From a bacterium (GTDB taxonomy: Bacteria > Ratteibacteria > UBA8468 > B48-G9 > DTJG01), in assembly GCA_029552985.1 (NCBI GenBank), contig JAKPDB010000176.1, forward strand, positions 64,798 through 128,797: DNA of 64,000 nt, in the 5' to 3' direction. Position 1 is the stretch's first letter. Each line of letters starts with the position of its first letter. The notes under the pieces were generated by a model. The model saw only the letters and a program-made list of their open reading frames with translations. It ran no database searches and was not told the DNA's origin. The position numbers and the translations under genes were made by a program. Below, piece after piece: positions 17,273 through 26,324 of this stretch.

Positions 17273-18273
17273 AAATTGCCGTTACTGGTGGAGTAGGATT
17301 TATTGGTTCAAACTTTGTCAGGTTTGTTTGCAAAAAATATCCTGAAATACAGGTTATTAATATAGATAAGATGACATATGCCGCAAATCCCCTTACGCTT
17401 GAATTCTTAAGTGAGTTTACCAACCACACATTTATGAAACTTGATATCTGCCATGCGACTGAGATTAAAGAAATCCTGAACGAATGCGATATCATTGTCC
17501 ATTTCGCGGCTGAAACCCATGTGGACAGATCTCTTGCGAACCCCGAAACTTTTTTACTGACTGATATTCTGGGCACTTATCGGATACTGGAAGTGGTAAA
17601 AAATTCAAGGTCAATTACGAAGTACATTCACATTTCAACTGATGAAGTTTATGGAAGTATTGAATCTGGTTCATTCGCAGAGCATTCTCCGTTAAATCCC
17701 ACAAATCCATATGCCGCAAGCAAAGCTTCTGCTGATTTACTGGTAATTTCTTACATTCGGTGCTACAAAATCCCGGCACTCATAGTGAGATTTACAAACA
17801 ATTTTGGCCCATTTCAACATCCTGAAAAGTTCATTCCGCTTGCAATAACAAATGCTCTTGAAAACAAAAAAATTCCATTATATGGAGATGGACAACAAAT
17901 ACGTGACTGGCTATATGTACTTGATACATGCAGAGCAATTGATCTGCTCATTGAAAAGGGAGAACCTGGCCAGATTTACAATGTCTCAGCTTGCCAGGAA
18001 AGAAAAAATATTGATGTGCTCTGTAAAATCCTGAAAGCTCTTGGTAAAGACAAAAATCTGATAATAAACGTTCCTGACCGCATCGCTCACGATAAAAGAT
18101 ACAGTTTATCGTCGGAAAAAATTCAAAAACTTGGATTTTATCCTGTCTATGATTTTGAAAAAGGGATTGATGAAACAATCAGTTGGTATGTAAATAATGA
18201 AAAGTGGTGGAAGTTTATAAAAAATAGTCCTGAATTTCAGAAATATTACAAAAGTAGATATCCTGATTTATGA
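17269..18273 (+). CDS. rmlB: dTDP-glucose 4,6-dehydratase
   Basis: 334 aa SDR. TGGVGFIGSNF, AAETHVDRS, YAASKASAD (YxxxK), and the typical C-terminal region ending in WW. ATGA overlap with rmlA. Confidence 0.9.
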   Translation: MKIAVTGGVGFIGSNFVRFVCKKYPEIQVINIDKMTYAANPLTLEFLSEFTNHTFMKLDICHATEIKEILNECDIIVHFAAETHVDRSLANPETFLLTDILGTYRILEVVKNSRSITKYIHISTDEVYGSIESGSFAEHSPLNPTNPYAASKASADLLVISYIRCYKIPALIVRFTNNFGPFQHPEKFIPLAITNALENKKIPLYGDGQQIRDWLYVLDTCRAIDLLIEKGEPGQIYNVSACQERKNIDVLCKILKALGKDKNLIINVPDRIAHDKRYSLSSEKIQKLGFYPVYDFEKGIDETISWYVNNEKWWKFIKNSPEFQKYYKSRYPDL

Positions 18274-19142
18274 AAATTCTAATTACTGGTGGCACCGGAC
18301 TTGTTGGACGATATCTGTCAGAAATTACTGAATCTGAAAAACCGGTTGTTCTATCAAGAAAAGAATGCAATATCACAGATTTTTTTTCTGTTAGAACCAT
18401 ATTCTATCAAATAAAACCTGATGTTGTATTTCATCTTGCTGCATTTACCAATGTTGACCTTTCAGAAAATGACCCGGTTTCAGCGTTCAGAGTAAATGTT
18501 TCTGGCACAAATAACATTGCGTTTTTTGCAGAAAAAATTAATGCGCATCTTGTTTATCTCAGTACAGATTTTGTCTTTGATGGAATGCAAAAACAACCTT
18601 ATAAAGAACAGGATGTTCCGCATCCGCTTTCAATTTATGGAAAAACAAAATTTGAAGGAGAAAGAATTGTATCCAGTATGTGTTCAAAGTACACCATTGT
18701 ACGAAGTTCAAGAATATTCGGAAAAAATGGAAATAACTTTGCAAGTGCCCTTCCAGGCAAATTACTAAGCGGAGAAAAAACTATAGTCACAACAGACCTT
18801 GTTAACTCTCCCACATACGCAAAAGACCTTGCGACAGCACTGTTTGAAATAGCAAAAAAACAATCTTACGGTCTACTTCATTTCTGTAATAGTGGTTTTT
18901 GTAACTGGCATGAATATGCACTGTACATATGTAATCACCTGCGTATTGATACATCTTTATTAGTTCCTGTGAGTATTAAACATTTTCACCAATCAATAGC
19001 AGAAAGACCTCGATTTTCTGCCCTTGATACAACATTGTTTAGCAAAAATTTTTATCAACCCAGGCCATGGCAGAAGGCTCTTGAGGAATACCTGGAACAT
19101 GAAGTACTCAAAAGAAACACAAACATGATAATGAAACAATGA
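18270..19142 (+). CDS. rmlD: dTDP-4-dehydrorhamnose reductase
   Basis: 290 aa. ILITGGTGLVG, LSTDFVFDG, YGKTKFEGE (YxxxK). ATGA overlap with rmlB. Confidence 0.85.
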   Translation: MKILITGGTGLVGRYLSEITESEKPVVLSRKECNITDFFSVRTIFYQIKPDVVFHLAAFTNVDLSENDPVSAFRVNVSGTNNIAFFAEKINAHLVYLSTDFVFDGMQKQPYKEQDVPHPLSIYGKTKFEGERIVSSMCSKYTIVRSSRIFGKNGNNFASALPGKLLSGEKTIVTTDLVNSPTYAKDLATALFEIAKKQSYGLLHFCNSGFCNWHEYALYICNHLRIDTSLLVPVSIKHFHQSIAERPRFSALDTTLFSKNFYQPRPWQKALEEYLEHEVLKRNTNMIMKQ

Positions 19143-19154
19143 CAGGGGAATAAA

Positions 19155-20624
19155 ATGAAAGAAAAATTCGTCTACAATGAAGGTCAACTGCCAGAACCAG
19201 TATACGAAAAAATGCCTGAATTTATAAATCTTTATTACACCTGCTGGAAAACTGCTTTCCAGAATATCGAGTATCCTGAAAAAGCTAACTGGCTTCCTTT
19301 TGTAAGCTGTATGCCAGGCGTAGGAATTATCTGGCAGTGGGATTCATGTTTTATGGTTTTCTTCCTGAGATACTCCAACGAAACATTGCCAGCGACTAAC
19401 AATCTTGACAATCTTTACAGACTTCAAAGGCAAGATGGTTATATCAGTATGGCTTACAGGATTAAAACAGAAAAGCCCGCCTATGGAGAAAGAATTAATC
19501 CACCACTTTACGCCTGGGCAGAATGGGAATACTATCTTGCTACTGGAGACAAATCACGATTCGAAAAGATTTTCCCTGTTTTGAAAAATTATTATTTATG
19601 GATTAAAAAAAATAGAAGCCGCAGCAGTGGCCTCTACTGGTTTGAAGATACTGGCTCCAGCGGCATGGACAATTCCCCGCGCAGCGGTTATGTTTCACAG
19701 TTTCTCAATGGAAGTGATGTGTGCTGGATAGACCTTGCCTGCCAGCAGGCATTGAGTGCCAATTATATCGCAAAAATTGCCCACTTACTCAATAAAAATA
19801 AGGATGAGGAGTTTTTTCTTTCAGAATTTCAAAATCTTAAAAATCTAATCAATAAATACCACTGGTGTGAAAAACATCAGTTTTATTATGACATTTTCTC
19901 ACGAAACAGTCCCTCCCTCAGGCACAATTTTCTCAATGCAAAAACTGTTGCTTCATTCTGGCCAATGATTAGTCAAGTCGCAGACAACGACCAGATTAAT
20001 GGCATGGTGCAGCATCTTTTAAATCCATGTGAATTCTGGACACTACACCCTGTCCCATCCCTGGCAAAATCTGATCCAAACTACGACCCATTTGGCGCGT
20101 ACTGGCTTGGCGGAGTTTGGGCTCCCACAAATTATATGATTTTATCCGGATTGAAAAAAAATAATAGAGCCAGCATTGCAAAAAAGATTGCCCTGAAACA
20201 TTTGATTGGTATGACTGAAGTTTTCAATGATAAGACGTACTCAGGTATATGGGAAGCATACAGCCCTGAATTTTTTATGCCAGCAACAGTAAAAGAAACC
20301 GGAGCCCTTGTAAGAAATGCATTCGTCGGATGGAGCGGACTCGGACCTATTGCAATGTTAATCGAAAACATTCTTGGCTTTACCCTTGATGCAAGCTCCA
20401 ATACCATTTACTGGAATATATCTGATGAATGTACGCATGGAATCAAAAATCTGAGATTCAATAAAAAATCTGTTTCTCTCGTATGTAACAAAAAAAACGG
20501 TACCCAGAAAAGAAAAATTGTCATTGAAGCAACGGGTACATTAAACATCGAACTCTTTGTCGAAGGAACAAATACTTGTCTCAAAAAAACATTCGGTAAG
20601 GGACATCATCTTTTATGGATTTAA
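19155..20624 (+). CDS. Glycoside hydrolase with (alpha/alpha)6-barrel, GH63/GH37 (MGH1-like) type
   Basis: 489 aa. IIWQWDSCF, NPPLYAWAEWEYY, GMDNSPR, GGVWAPTNYM, all recalled as typical of GH63/trehalase-like barrels. Substrate unknown. Confidence 0.6.
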   Translation: MKEKFVYNEGQLPEPVYEKMPEFINLYYTCWKTAFQNIEYPEKANWLPFVSCMPGVGIIWQWDSCFMVFFLRYSNETLPATNNLDNLYRLQRQDGYISMAYRIKTEKPAYGERINPPLYAWAEWEYYLATGDKSRFEKIFPVLKNYYLWIKKNRSRSSGLYWFEDTGSSGMDNSPRSGYVSQFLNGSDVCWIDLACQQALSANYIAKIAHLLNKNKDEEFFLSEFQNLKNLINKYHWCEKHQFYYDIFSRNSPSLRHNFLNAKTVASFWPMISQVADNDQINGMVQHLLNPCEFWTLHPVPSLAKSDPNYDPFGAYWLGGVWAPTNYMILSGLKKNNRASIAKKIALKHLIGMTEVFNDKTYSGIWEAYSPEFFMPATVKETGALVRNAFVGWSGLGPIAMLIENILGFTLDASSNTIYWNISDECTHGIKNLRFNKKSVSLVCNKKNGTQKRKIVIEATGTLNIELFVEGTNTCLKKTFGKGHHLLWI

Positions 20625-20822
20625 CATCCAACTTAAAAATCTCAGGTCTTTATTAAAAAACGAGCAAAGATTCATTAGTATTTTCTCCCTGCTTTTTAAA
20701 AGAAGAATCGGGGAGATTTGAGTTCATCCTATCCCACAGGGGGAGAAGAAAAAGAAAGAACATGAGAGAAGATGAAACCCAAAGAAATAGAGGATGGATT
20801 TATTGCGGCACAATTCGGTTTC

Positions 20823-20851
20823 TTGACTGAATACAGGTTTGTCCTTATAAT
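20823..20851 (+). promoter_or_regulatory. Consensus sigma70 promoter of tRNA-Glu (and possibly tolQ)
   Basis: TTGACT (20823-20828), 17-nt spacer, TATAAT (20846-20851), 16 nt before the tRNA. Confidence 0.7.
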
Positions 20852-20867
20852 AAATAGGAACTAAATA

Positions 20868-20940
20868 GCCCCCATCGACTAGCGGCCAAGGTCACCACTC
20901 TTTCAAGGTGGTAGCGCCGGTTCGATTCCGGCTGGGGGCG
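20868..20940 (+). tRNA. tRNA-Glu (anticodon UUC)
   Basis: Hand-folded 73-nt cloverleaf. Acceptor GCCCCCA/TGGGGGC, anticodon arm CCACT-CTTTCAA-GGTGG, T arm GCCGG-TTCGATT-CCGGC, discriminator G. Confidence 0.9.
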
Positions 20941-20965
20941 CATAAAATCATAAAGGATACAGACA

Positions 20966-21565
20966 ATGGAAAATATATGGATAGCAAGCTGGAAGCACTG
21001 CGACTGGGTAGGTAAAATAGACCTGGTGGTACTGTTTCTGCTTTCAATTTACAGCTGGGCTATTATGATTGATAAGTTTATACTGATAAAAAGAGTACGT
21101 CGCGCAAATGAAAAGTTTGTTTCGAACTTTTACAATGGAAAGATGTTGAATGTGCCTGGTTCACCATGGTCAAGAATATTATCAAGGATTCTGCAGGAAA
21201 AAACCAGACAGAATCTTTCTGAAGAAAATGCCCTTACTCTGCTCAAAAAATTTGCCAACGAGGAAATATCCTATCTGAATAACAAAATTGACTTCTTGCT
21301 TTCTATCTCTGCTGTCGCTCCATTTATGGGGCTTCTCGGAACAGTGTGGGGAATACTTATGGCTTTTCATAATATCGGACAGACAGGAACATCATCAGTA
21401 TCAATTATTGCTTCAGGCATTTCAGAAGCATTGATTGTTACCTTTGTTGGACTTCTTGTTGCGATACCCGCAGCACTTGGATACAATTACTTAAACGGGC
21501 AGGTACGAAATATACAGACGCAGGGAAACTATATCCTTGAATCATTCTACACAGCCATCAAATGA
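20966..21565 (+). CDS. tolQ: TolQ (MotA/TolQ/ExbB proton-channel family)
   Basis: 199 aa, 3 TM. C-terminal motif LGLLGTVWGILMAF...ISEALIVTFVGLLVAIPA. Followed by tolR, tolA-like, tolB and pal. Confidence 0.85.
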   Translation: MENIWIASWKHCDWVGKIDLVVLFLLSIYSWAIMIDKFILIKRVRRANEKFVSNFYNGKMLNVPGSPWSRILSRILQEKTRQNLSEENALTLLKKFANEEISYLNNKIDFLLSISAVAPFMGLLGTVWGILMAFHNIGQTGTSSVSIIASGISEALIVTFVGLLVAIPAALGYNYLNGQVRNIQTQGNYILESFYTAIK

Positions 21566-21987
21566 AAAACAATATTTTTTTTGAAACAGAACAGAACAGT
21601 GAAAATGCTCTCAGTAGAATCAATATTATTAATTTTATCGATGTAGCTCTTGTTCTCGTCATAATATTGATGATTGTATCTCCAATGATAGAGCAGGGCA
21701 TGGAAGTGAAACTGCCAGTTTCTGGCCCAAGTAAAATGGCTGTCCAGAGAAGTGTTATTCTAACTGTAGCAAAAAATGGAGTAATTTTCTGGGGAAATCA
21801 GCAGGTGCGGATTGAAAACCTTGAAAATATCGTTCGCAGTACGATGTCGCAAAATCCAGAACTTGGAATTGTCATAAAAGGAGATAGATTCATTACATAT
21901 CAGGAATTAATCAGCGTTCTGGATGTTTTGAAACGTGCTGATGTAAAGAAAATAGGTCTTGCCACACAGGCAAAAACTGAAAAATGA
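21562..21987 (+). CDS. tolR: TolR (ExbD/TolR family)
   Basis: 141 aa. Single N-terminal TM (INFIDVALVLVIILMIV) plus an ExbD-like periplasmic domain. ATGA overlap with tolQ. Confidence 0.85.
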   Translation: MKNNIFFETEQNSENALSRINIINFIDVALVLVIILMIVSPMIEQGMEVKLPVSGPSKMAVQRSVILTVAKNGVIFWGNQQVRIENLENIVRSTMSQNPELGIVIKGDRFITYQELISVLDVLKRADVKKIGLATQAKTEK

Positions 21988-22778
21988 AAAAGGCATTACT
22001 GGCTTCAGTATTCATCCATGCACTACCTATTATTCTCATTGTCCATAGTTCAATGAAAACAAAGCAAGTAGTACCAGTATATGTGGTTGATTTAATGAGT
22101 TTACCACCTGCTTTAGAAATTTCAAATCATGTGATATCACCATTCAAACCCGAACATGCTGAAGCATCAATAGTTAGTATACCTCATAAAGATTTTCCAA
22201 TTCAAACAGCCACACATGCGGAAAAAACAGGTGGTGAAGGAATTGTCGGAACGACATCTTCTGTTGAAAAATTTTCGCCTGAGGAATTTATCGCTGACAT
22301 AAACAAAAAATTATCCAGAACCGCATCATCTACTAAATCAGAAGATGCATCATCTTCTGGTAAATCAACATCTGCTCAGAACGTTCCGCAAGGAAAAACT
22401 TCTCTTGCCTCAAAAATTTTTCCACTAACAAATACCGAAGTAGAGACAGGTTCATCCGTGGGCATTCAGACGTCAACATTACCTGCGGATAACATCATAC
22501 CTGTTGAATATCTTGAGAATATTAAATTAATTTTGCAAAGAAAGTGGAAAGTGCCAAAAGGGAAAAGTTATTCTTCAACTTCTGTTGTGTCATTTAAAAT
22601 CAAAAAAGACGGATCAGTTGAAGAAATCATACTTGAAAAAAGTTCGGGATTTAAGGAATTTGACGAGAGCGCTATTAAGGCAGTGAAAGAAGCATCGGGC
22701 ATACCACCACTTCCAAGAACTTATAAATCAGAATATCTTGAAATTGCTGTAAAATTCAACACAAAGGGGATAGAATGA
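21984..22778 (+). CDS. tolA: TolA-like protein with TonB_C-type C-terminal domain
   Basis: N-terminal TM, a low-complexity Ser/Thr-rich linker, and a C-terminal domain (LQRKWKVPKG...VSFKIKKDGSVEEIILEKSSGFKEFDESAIKAVKEA..IPPLP). Sits in the tol cluster. Confidence 0.65.
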   Translation: MKKALLASVFIHALPIILIVHSSMKTKQVVPVYVVDLMSLPPALEISNHVISPFKPEHAEASIVSIPHKDFPIQTATHAEKTGGEGIVGTTSSVEKFSPEEFIADINKKLSRTASSTKSEDASSSGKSTSAQNVPQGKTSLASKIFPLTNTEVETGSSVGIQTSTLPADNIIPVEYLENIKLILQRKWKVPKGKSYSSTSVVSFKIKKDGSVEEIILEKSSGFKEFDESAIKAVKEASGIPPLPRTYKSEYLEIAVKFNTKGIE

Positions 22779-24013
22779 ACAAACATGGAATGATCTTATT
22801 ATTATGCCTTATTACTTTTTCTTTAGTTTACGGACAGAGCAGAATAATCATCGAGATTACCTCGTCCACAGAAATGAAAACCAATGCTGTGATTTTGATA
22901 GGAGAGGAAAAAACAAAATTTCTCGATGAATTTTGCACTCAACTGGTAAAGGACCTGAATCAATCTGATTGGTTAGAAATCAAGAATACCAGTTTCAAGA
23001 AAAGCTTCAACATTCAATCAGAACTGGATGATGGATTGTCAAAAAACAATGCGAGTATTTTAATTCTGTGCAAAACAAACGGAAAACTTGAAACCGTAAT
23101 TTATGATACAATTGAAAAATCTATTTTTTCTCAATTTGTAATTGAAACCAGTAAATCCCCGGTTGAACTTGCCCATACTGTAAGTGACGAAATTGTGTAT
23201 CGCCTAACTGGAAAACCAGGAATTGCCAGAAGTAAAATTCTGTATATGACAAAAAGGGATGGAAAGTATTGTTTAATGACTGCAGGATATGATGGTTCAA
23301 ATGCAACGGCTCTTCTAAAAACTGACTACATCATCAATTATCCGAGATGGTTTCCTGATATGAAAAAGGTTCTTTTTCTTTCATACAGAAAGACCTTTCC
23401 TGCTCTTGAAATGATTGACGTTTCGACAGGTGAAGTGAAAACATTTGTTGCAGAACCCGGGCTCAATGCATGCGCATCGTTTTTTAGAAATCAAAATTGC
23501 GTAGCAGTTGTTTTAAGCAAAAGCGGGAATCCTGATATTTATCTTGTTGACCTGAATGGAATTATTTTGAAACGGCTTACTGAAAAAAAAGGATTGAACG
23601 CATCACCGTCAGTTTCTCCTGAAGGAGAAAACATTGTATTTGTATCTGACAGAGATGGCAAAACAAGGTTATGGGTCATGAATACCTATGGAGTGAATGC
23701 AAGAAAACTGGATATCCCATCAAACTATATCACATCTCCCTGCTGGTCACCAGATGGAAAATATATTGCGTATGCGGTAAGATATGGAACAGAGATGTTC
23801 ATAGAAATATATGAGTGGAAAACAGGCAAAAGAAAAATTCTCACACAATCACTGTCCTGGTGCGATGCACCGTCCTGGGCACCTGATAGTAGACATATAC
23901 TCTTTACCAGACAGGAAAAATTTATCAACTCTTTATGGACGATAGATATATACTCCTTAAAAACGAGAAAAGTCGCAGACAATGCCTGGAGTGGATGCTG
24001 GGACATTCGTTGA
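22775..24013 (+). CDS. tolB: TolB beta-propeller protein
   Basis: 412 aa with signal peptide. Repeated propeller blades contain S-P-D/E-G motifs (ASPSVSPEGENIVFVSDRDG, PCWSPDGKYIAYA, PSWAPDSRHILF). Confidence 0.85.
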   Translation: MNKHGMILLLCLITFSLVYGQSRIIIEITSSTEMKTNAVILIGEEKTKFLDEFCTQLVKDLNQSDWLEIKNTSFKKSFNIQSELDDGLSKNNASILILCKTNGKLETVIYDTIEKSIFSQFVIETSKSPVELAHTVSDEIVYRLTGKPGIARSKILYMTKRDGKYCLMTAGYDGSNATALLKTDYIINYPRWFPDMKKVLFLSYRKTFPALEMIDVSTGEVKTFVAEPGLNACASFFRNQNCVAVVLSKSGNPDIYLVDLNGIILKRLTEKKGLNASPSVSPEGENIVFVSDRDGKTRLWVMNTYGVNARKLDIPSNYITSPCWSPDGKYIAYAVRYGTEMFIEIYEWKTGKRKILTQSLSWCDAPSWAPDSRHILFTRQEKFINSLWTIDIYSLKTRKVADNAWSGCWDIR

Positions 24014-24037
24014 CAAAATACTGGACTTTGATATAAT
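24010..24037 (+). promoter_or_regulatory. Internal consensus sigma70 promoter ahead of pal
   Basis: TTGACA (24010-24015, overlapping the tolB stop), 16-nt spacer, TATAAT (24032-24037). RBS AAGGAGG precedes ATG 24066. Confidence 0.6.
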
Positions 24038-24065
24038 CAAATTAACAAGTTAATAAGGAGGAGAC

Positions 24066-24695
24066 ATGGATAAGAGAATAAAGGTAGGTGTAGTCGCTTG
24101 TATAGCCGTTCTGGTTTTTATTTTTTCAGGATGCTGTCCTTATTCAAAAAAACCTGCTCCATCTTCAAAAATAGAACCAACAAAACCAGAACAGCCCTCA
24201 GTAACAAAGCAACCAACTGTCACTCCACCTGCTGTGACAACCAAGCCAGAACCAGGTACAGCCACACCAGGTGAAAGACTAATCGCTACAACCGGTGGAG
24301 AGATACCACCTGTAAAACCATCAGAAACACCAACATTTGTAGAACCCAGCGAACAGATAAAAACTACCTTCCAGCCCATTTATTTTGACTTTGATAAATA
24401 CAACATAAAAATTTCTGAGCAAGGAAAATTGCAAACCCTTGCTGATTATCTGAAGAAAAATCCGCAGGTTTCTATTTTGATTGAAGGCCATTGTGATGAA
24501 CGCGGAACAGATGAGTATAATCTTGTACTTGGAGAACAAAGGGCGCTGAGCACGAGAAATTTTCTGATAGGGCTTGGCATCTCTCCAAAGAGACTTTACA
24601 CAATCAGTTATGGTGAAGCAAAACCAGCAGATCCTGAGCACAACGAACAAGCATGGGCAAAGAACAGAAGATGCGAATTTAAGATAAAACAATGA
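24066..24695 (+). CDS. pal: Peptidoglycan-associated lipoprotein (OmpA-like C-terminal domain)
   Basis: Lipobox FSGC, a Pro/Thr-rich linker, and an OmpA_C domain (IYFDFDKYNI...LIEGHCDERGTDEYNLVLGEQRA...NRRCEF). Confidence 0.9.
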   Translation: MDKRIKVGVVACIAVLVFIFSGCCPYSKKPAPSSKIEPTKPEQPSVTKQPTVTPPAVTTKPEPGTATPGERLIATTGGEIPPVKPSETPTFVEPSEQIKTTFQPIYFDFDKYNIKISEQGKLQTLADYLKKNPQVSILIEGHCDERGTDEYNLVLGEQRALSTRNFLIGLGISPKRLYTISYGEAKPADPEHNEQAWAKNRRCEFKIKQ

Positions 24696-25522
24696 AGAAC
24701 CGTCAAAATATTCTATTATCTTTCCTTTTGAGCCTTGGATTGTGTGGGTGCACGAGTATTGCAATGAAGGATGATGTTACTTTATTAAAGGAGGAGATTG
24801 AACAGAAATTGGCAACAAGTGAAACAACCAATTCAACTAAATTTCAAGAAGTCGGTGCCAGGATAGAACAGTTACAACAAAGTCAGGAACAGCAGCAAGC
24901 ATCCTTGCTCAAACTGGCAGAAGATTTAAAAACTCAGATTAACGATGTAAAAATTGCATTTGATGACTCTGTTCAAAACCAGAGAAAAGAATTTGAAATT
25001 TTCAGAAAAAATCAGGAAGAAAAAAATAATCAATTTACCCAGGACATTGAAACACTGAGGAAATCTCAAAACGATCTGATAAAAACCTCTGTTTCTCTGA
25101 CAGATTCAATGGTCAATTATCAGAAAGATCTTCTGGGCATAAAAACCTCCATGCAACAGATTGCCACTGCAATGGACTCCTTAAGTACAAAAGATTACAT
25201 TCAAAAAGAAGAATTTGAAAATACAAAGAAAGAGATTTACCAGCAAATAGAGAAAATACAGCAGGTCCTTGTTAGTGAAATCACAAGACAGGAAAGTGAA
25301 ATTTTTGCTCTCAAACAGGCATTAAAATTAGTAGAACCCAGAAAGAATGAAAGTTCCTCCCAGGCCAAAGAATCTGCTGAAAAAGCCTATTATGTTGTCA
25401 AAAAGGGCGATACACTTTCTTCTATTGCAAAAAAATATAGTACAACAAAACAAAAAATAAAAGAAGCGAACAAAATGAAGACCGATAGCGTTAAAATTGG
25501 ACAAAAACTTTTGATACCATGA
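24692..25522 (+). CDS. Coiled-coil lipoprotein with C-terminal LysM domain
   Basis: Lipoprotein-like signal (LSLGLCGC), ~200 aa of Q/E/K-rich heptad-like sequence, and a C-terminal LysM (YVVKKGDTLSSIAKKYSTTKQKIKEANKMKTDSVKIGQKLLIP). Occupies the position held by cpoB/ybgF in classical tol-pal operons. Confidence 0.75.
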   Translation: MKNRQNILLSFLLSLGLCGCTSIAMKDDVTLLKEEIEQKLATSETTNSTKFQEVGARIEQLQQSQEQQQASLLKLAEDLKTQINDVKIAFDDSVQNQRKEFEIFRKNQEEKNNQFTQDIETLRKSQNDLIKTSVSLTDSMVNYQKDLLGIKTSMQQIATAMDSLSTKDYIQKEEFENTKKEIYQQIEKIQQVLVSEITRQESEIFALKQALKLVEPRKNESSSQAKESAEKAYYVVKKGDTLSSIAKKYSTTKQKIKEANKMKTDSVKIGQKLLIP

Positions 25523-26322
25523 AATATTTTCTTGCATTTTTAATTGGCACATGTTTTGGAAGTTTCGCAAATGTTTGTATATACAGATTACCAAGAAATA
25601 AATCAATCATTTTTCCTGGTTCTTTCTGTCCTAAGTGCCGTCATTCCATACCATGGTATTACAATATCCCGATTCTAAGTTATATCATTCTACGGGGTAG
25701 ATGCCACTATTGTAAAAAAGTCATTTCCCCAAGATATCCTGTCATTGAATTCACTATGGGACTTTTAACTCTATTGCTTTACCAGAAGTTCTGGGTGGCA
25801 AATTTTCCATGCGTTTTTTTGTTTTACTTCATTTTTACTCTCGGGCTTGTCATCATAAGTGGCATTGACTTTGAAACTTTTCTTGTGCCAGATGTCATTG
25901 TACTTCCCCTTATACCATTGGGGTTGATAGGAGCCTTATTGTGTGAGAATTTCTTTTTTCCTCAAAGCGGAAATTGGTATATGGCAATAAGGGCATTGTA
26001 TAGCGTTACCGGAATTTTCACAGGAGCACTGCTTGTAGCATTTCTTGCGATCATCGGCAAAATCATATGGAAAAGAGAAGCCATGGGTGGTGGGGACCTT
26101 AAACTTCTTGCAGCAATCGGTGCATTTCTTGGATGGAAAGGAGTATTTTTATCTATTTTCTTTGGTTCGATTCTTGGCACTATCATAAGCCTTATGCTGA
26201 TATACTCAAAAAAGAAAAAATGGGACGATTATGTTCCATTTGGTCCTTATCTGGCAATAGGTGCCATTGTTGCTATGCTGTATAAAGGTAGTTATTTTCT
26301 TTCGCTTTACTTTATTCCCTGA
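25519..26322 (+). CDS. pilD: Prepilin peptidase / N-methyltransferase (A24 family)
   Basis: 267 aa. N-terminal Cys pairs (CPKC...CHYC), polytopic, catalytic-Asp context GISGIDFETFLVPD and GGGDLKLLAAIGAFLGW. Confidence 0.9.
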   Translation: MKYFLAFLIGTCFGSFANVCIYRLPRNKSIIFPGSFCPKCRHSIPWYYNIPILSYIILRGRCHYCKKVISPRYPVIEFTMGLLTLLLYQKFWVANFPCVFLFYFIFTLGLVIISGIDFETFLVPDVIVLPLIPLGLIGALLCENFFFPQSGNWYMAIRALYSVTGIFTGALLVAFLAIIGKIIWKREAMGGGDLKLLAAIGAFLGWKGVFLSIFFGSILGTIISLMLIYSKKKKWDDYVPFGPYLAIGAIVAMLYKGSYFLSLYFIP

Positions 26323-26324
26323 CC

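Noticed and set aside
19155-20624. The 489-aa protein after rmlD as the missing EF-P arginine rhamnosyltransferase (EarP)
   Set aside because: Its motifs (WQWDSCF, GMDNSPR, GGVWAPTNY) are those of (alpha/alpha)6-barrel glycoside hydrolases. They are not those of the GT-B-fold EarP family as I remember it.
20625-20822. Purine-rich 200-nt spacer after the glycoside hydrolase gene as a possible riboswitch or sRNA (imperfect long-range pairing TTCTCCCTG ... CAGGGGGAGAA)
   Set aside because: Only weak, imperfect complementarity is present. There are no conserved motifs of any RNA family I know, and nothing to support it without comparative data.
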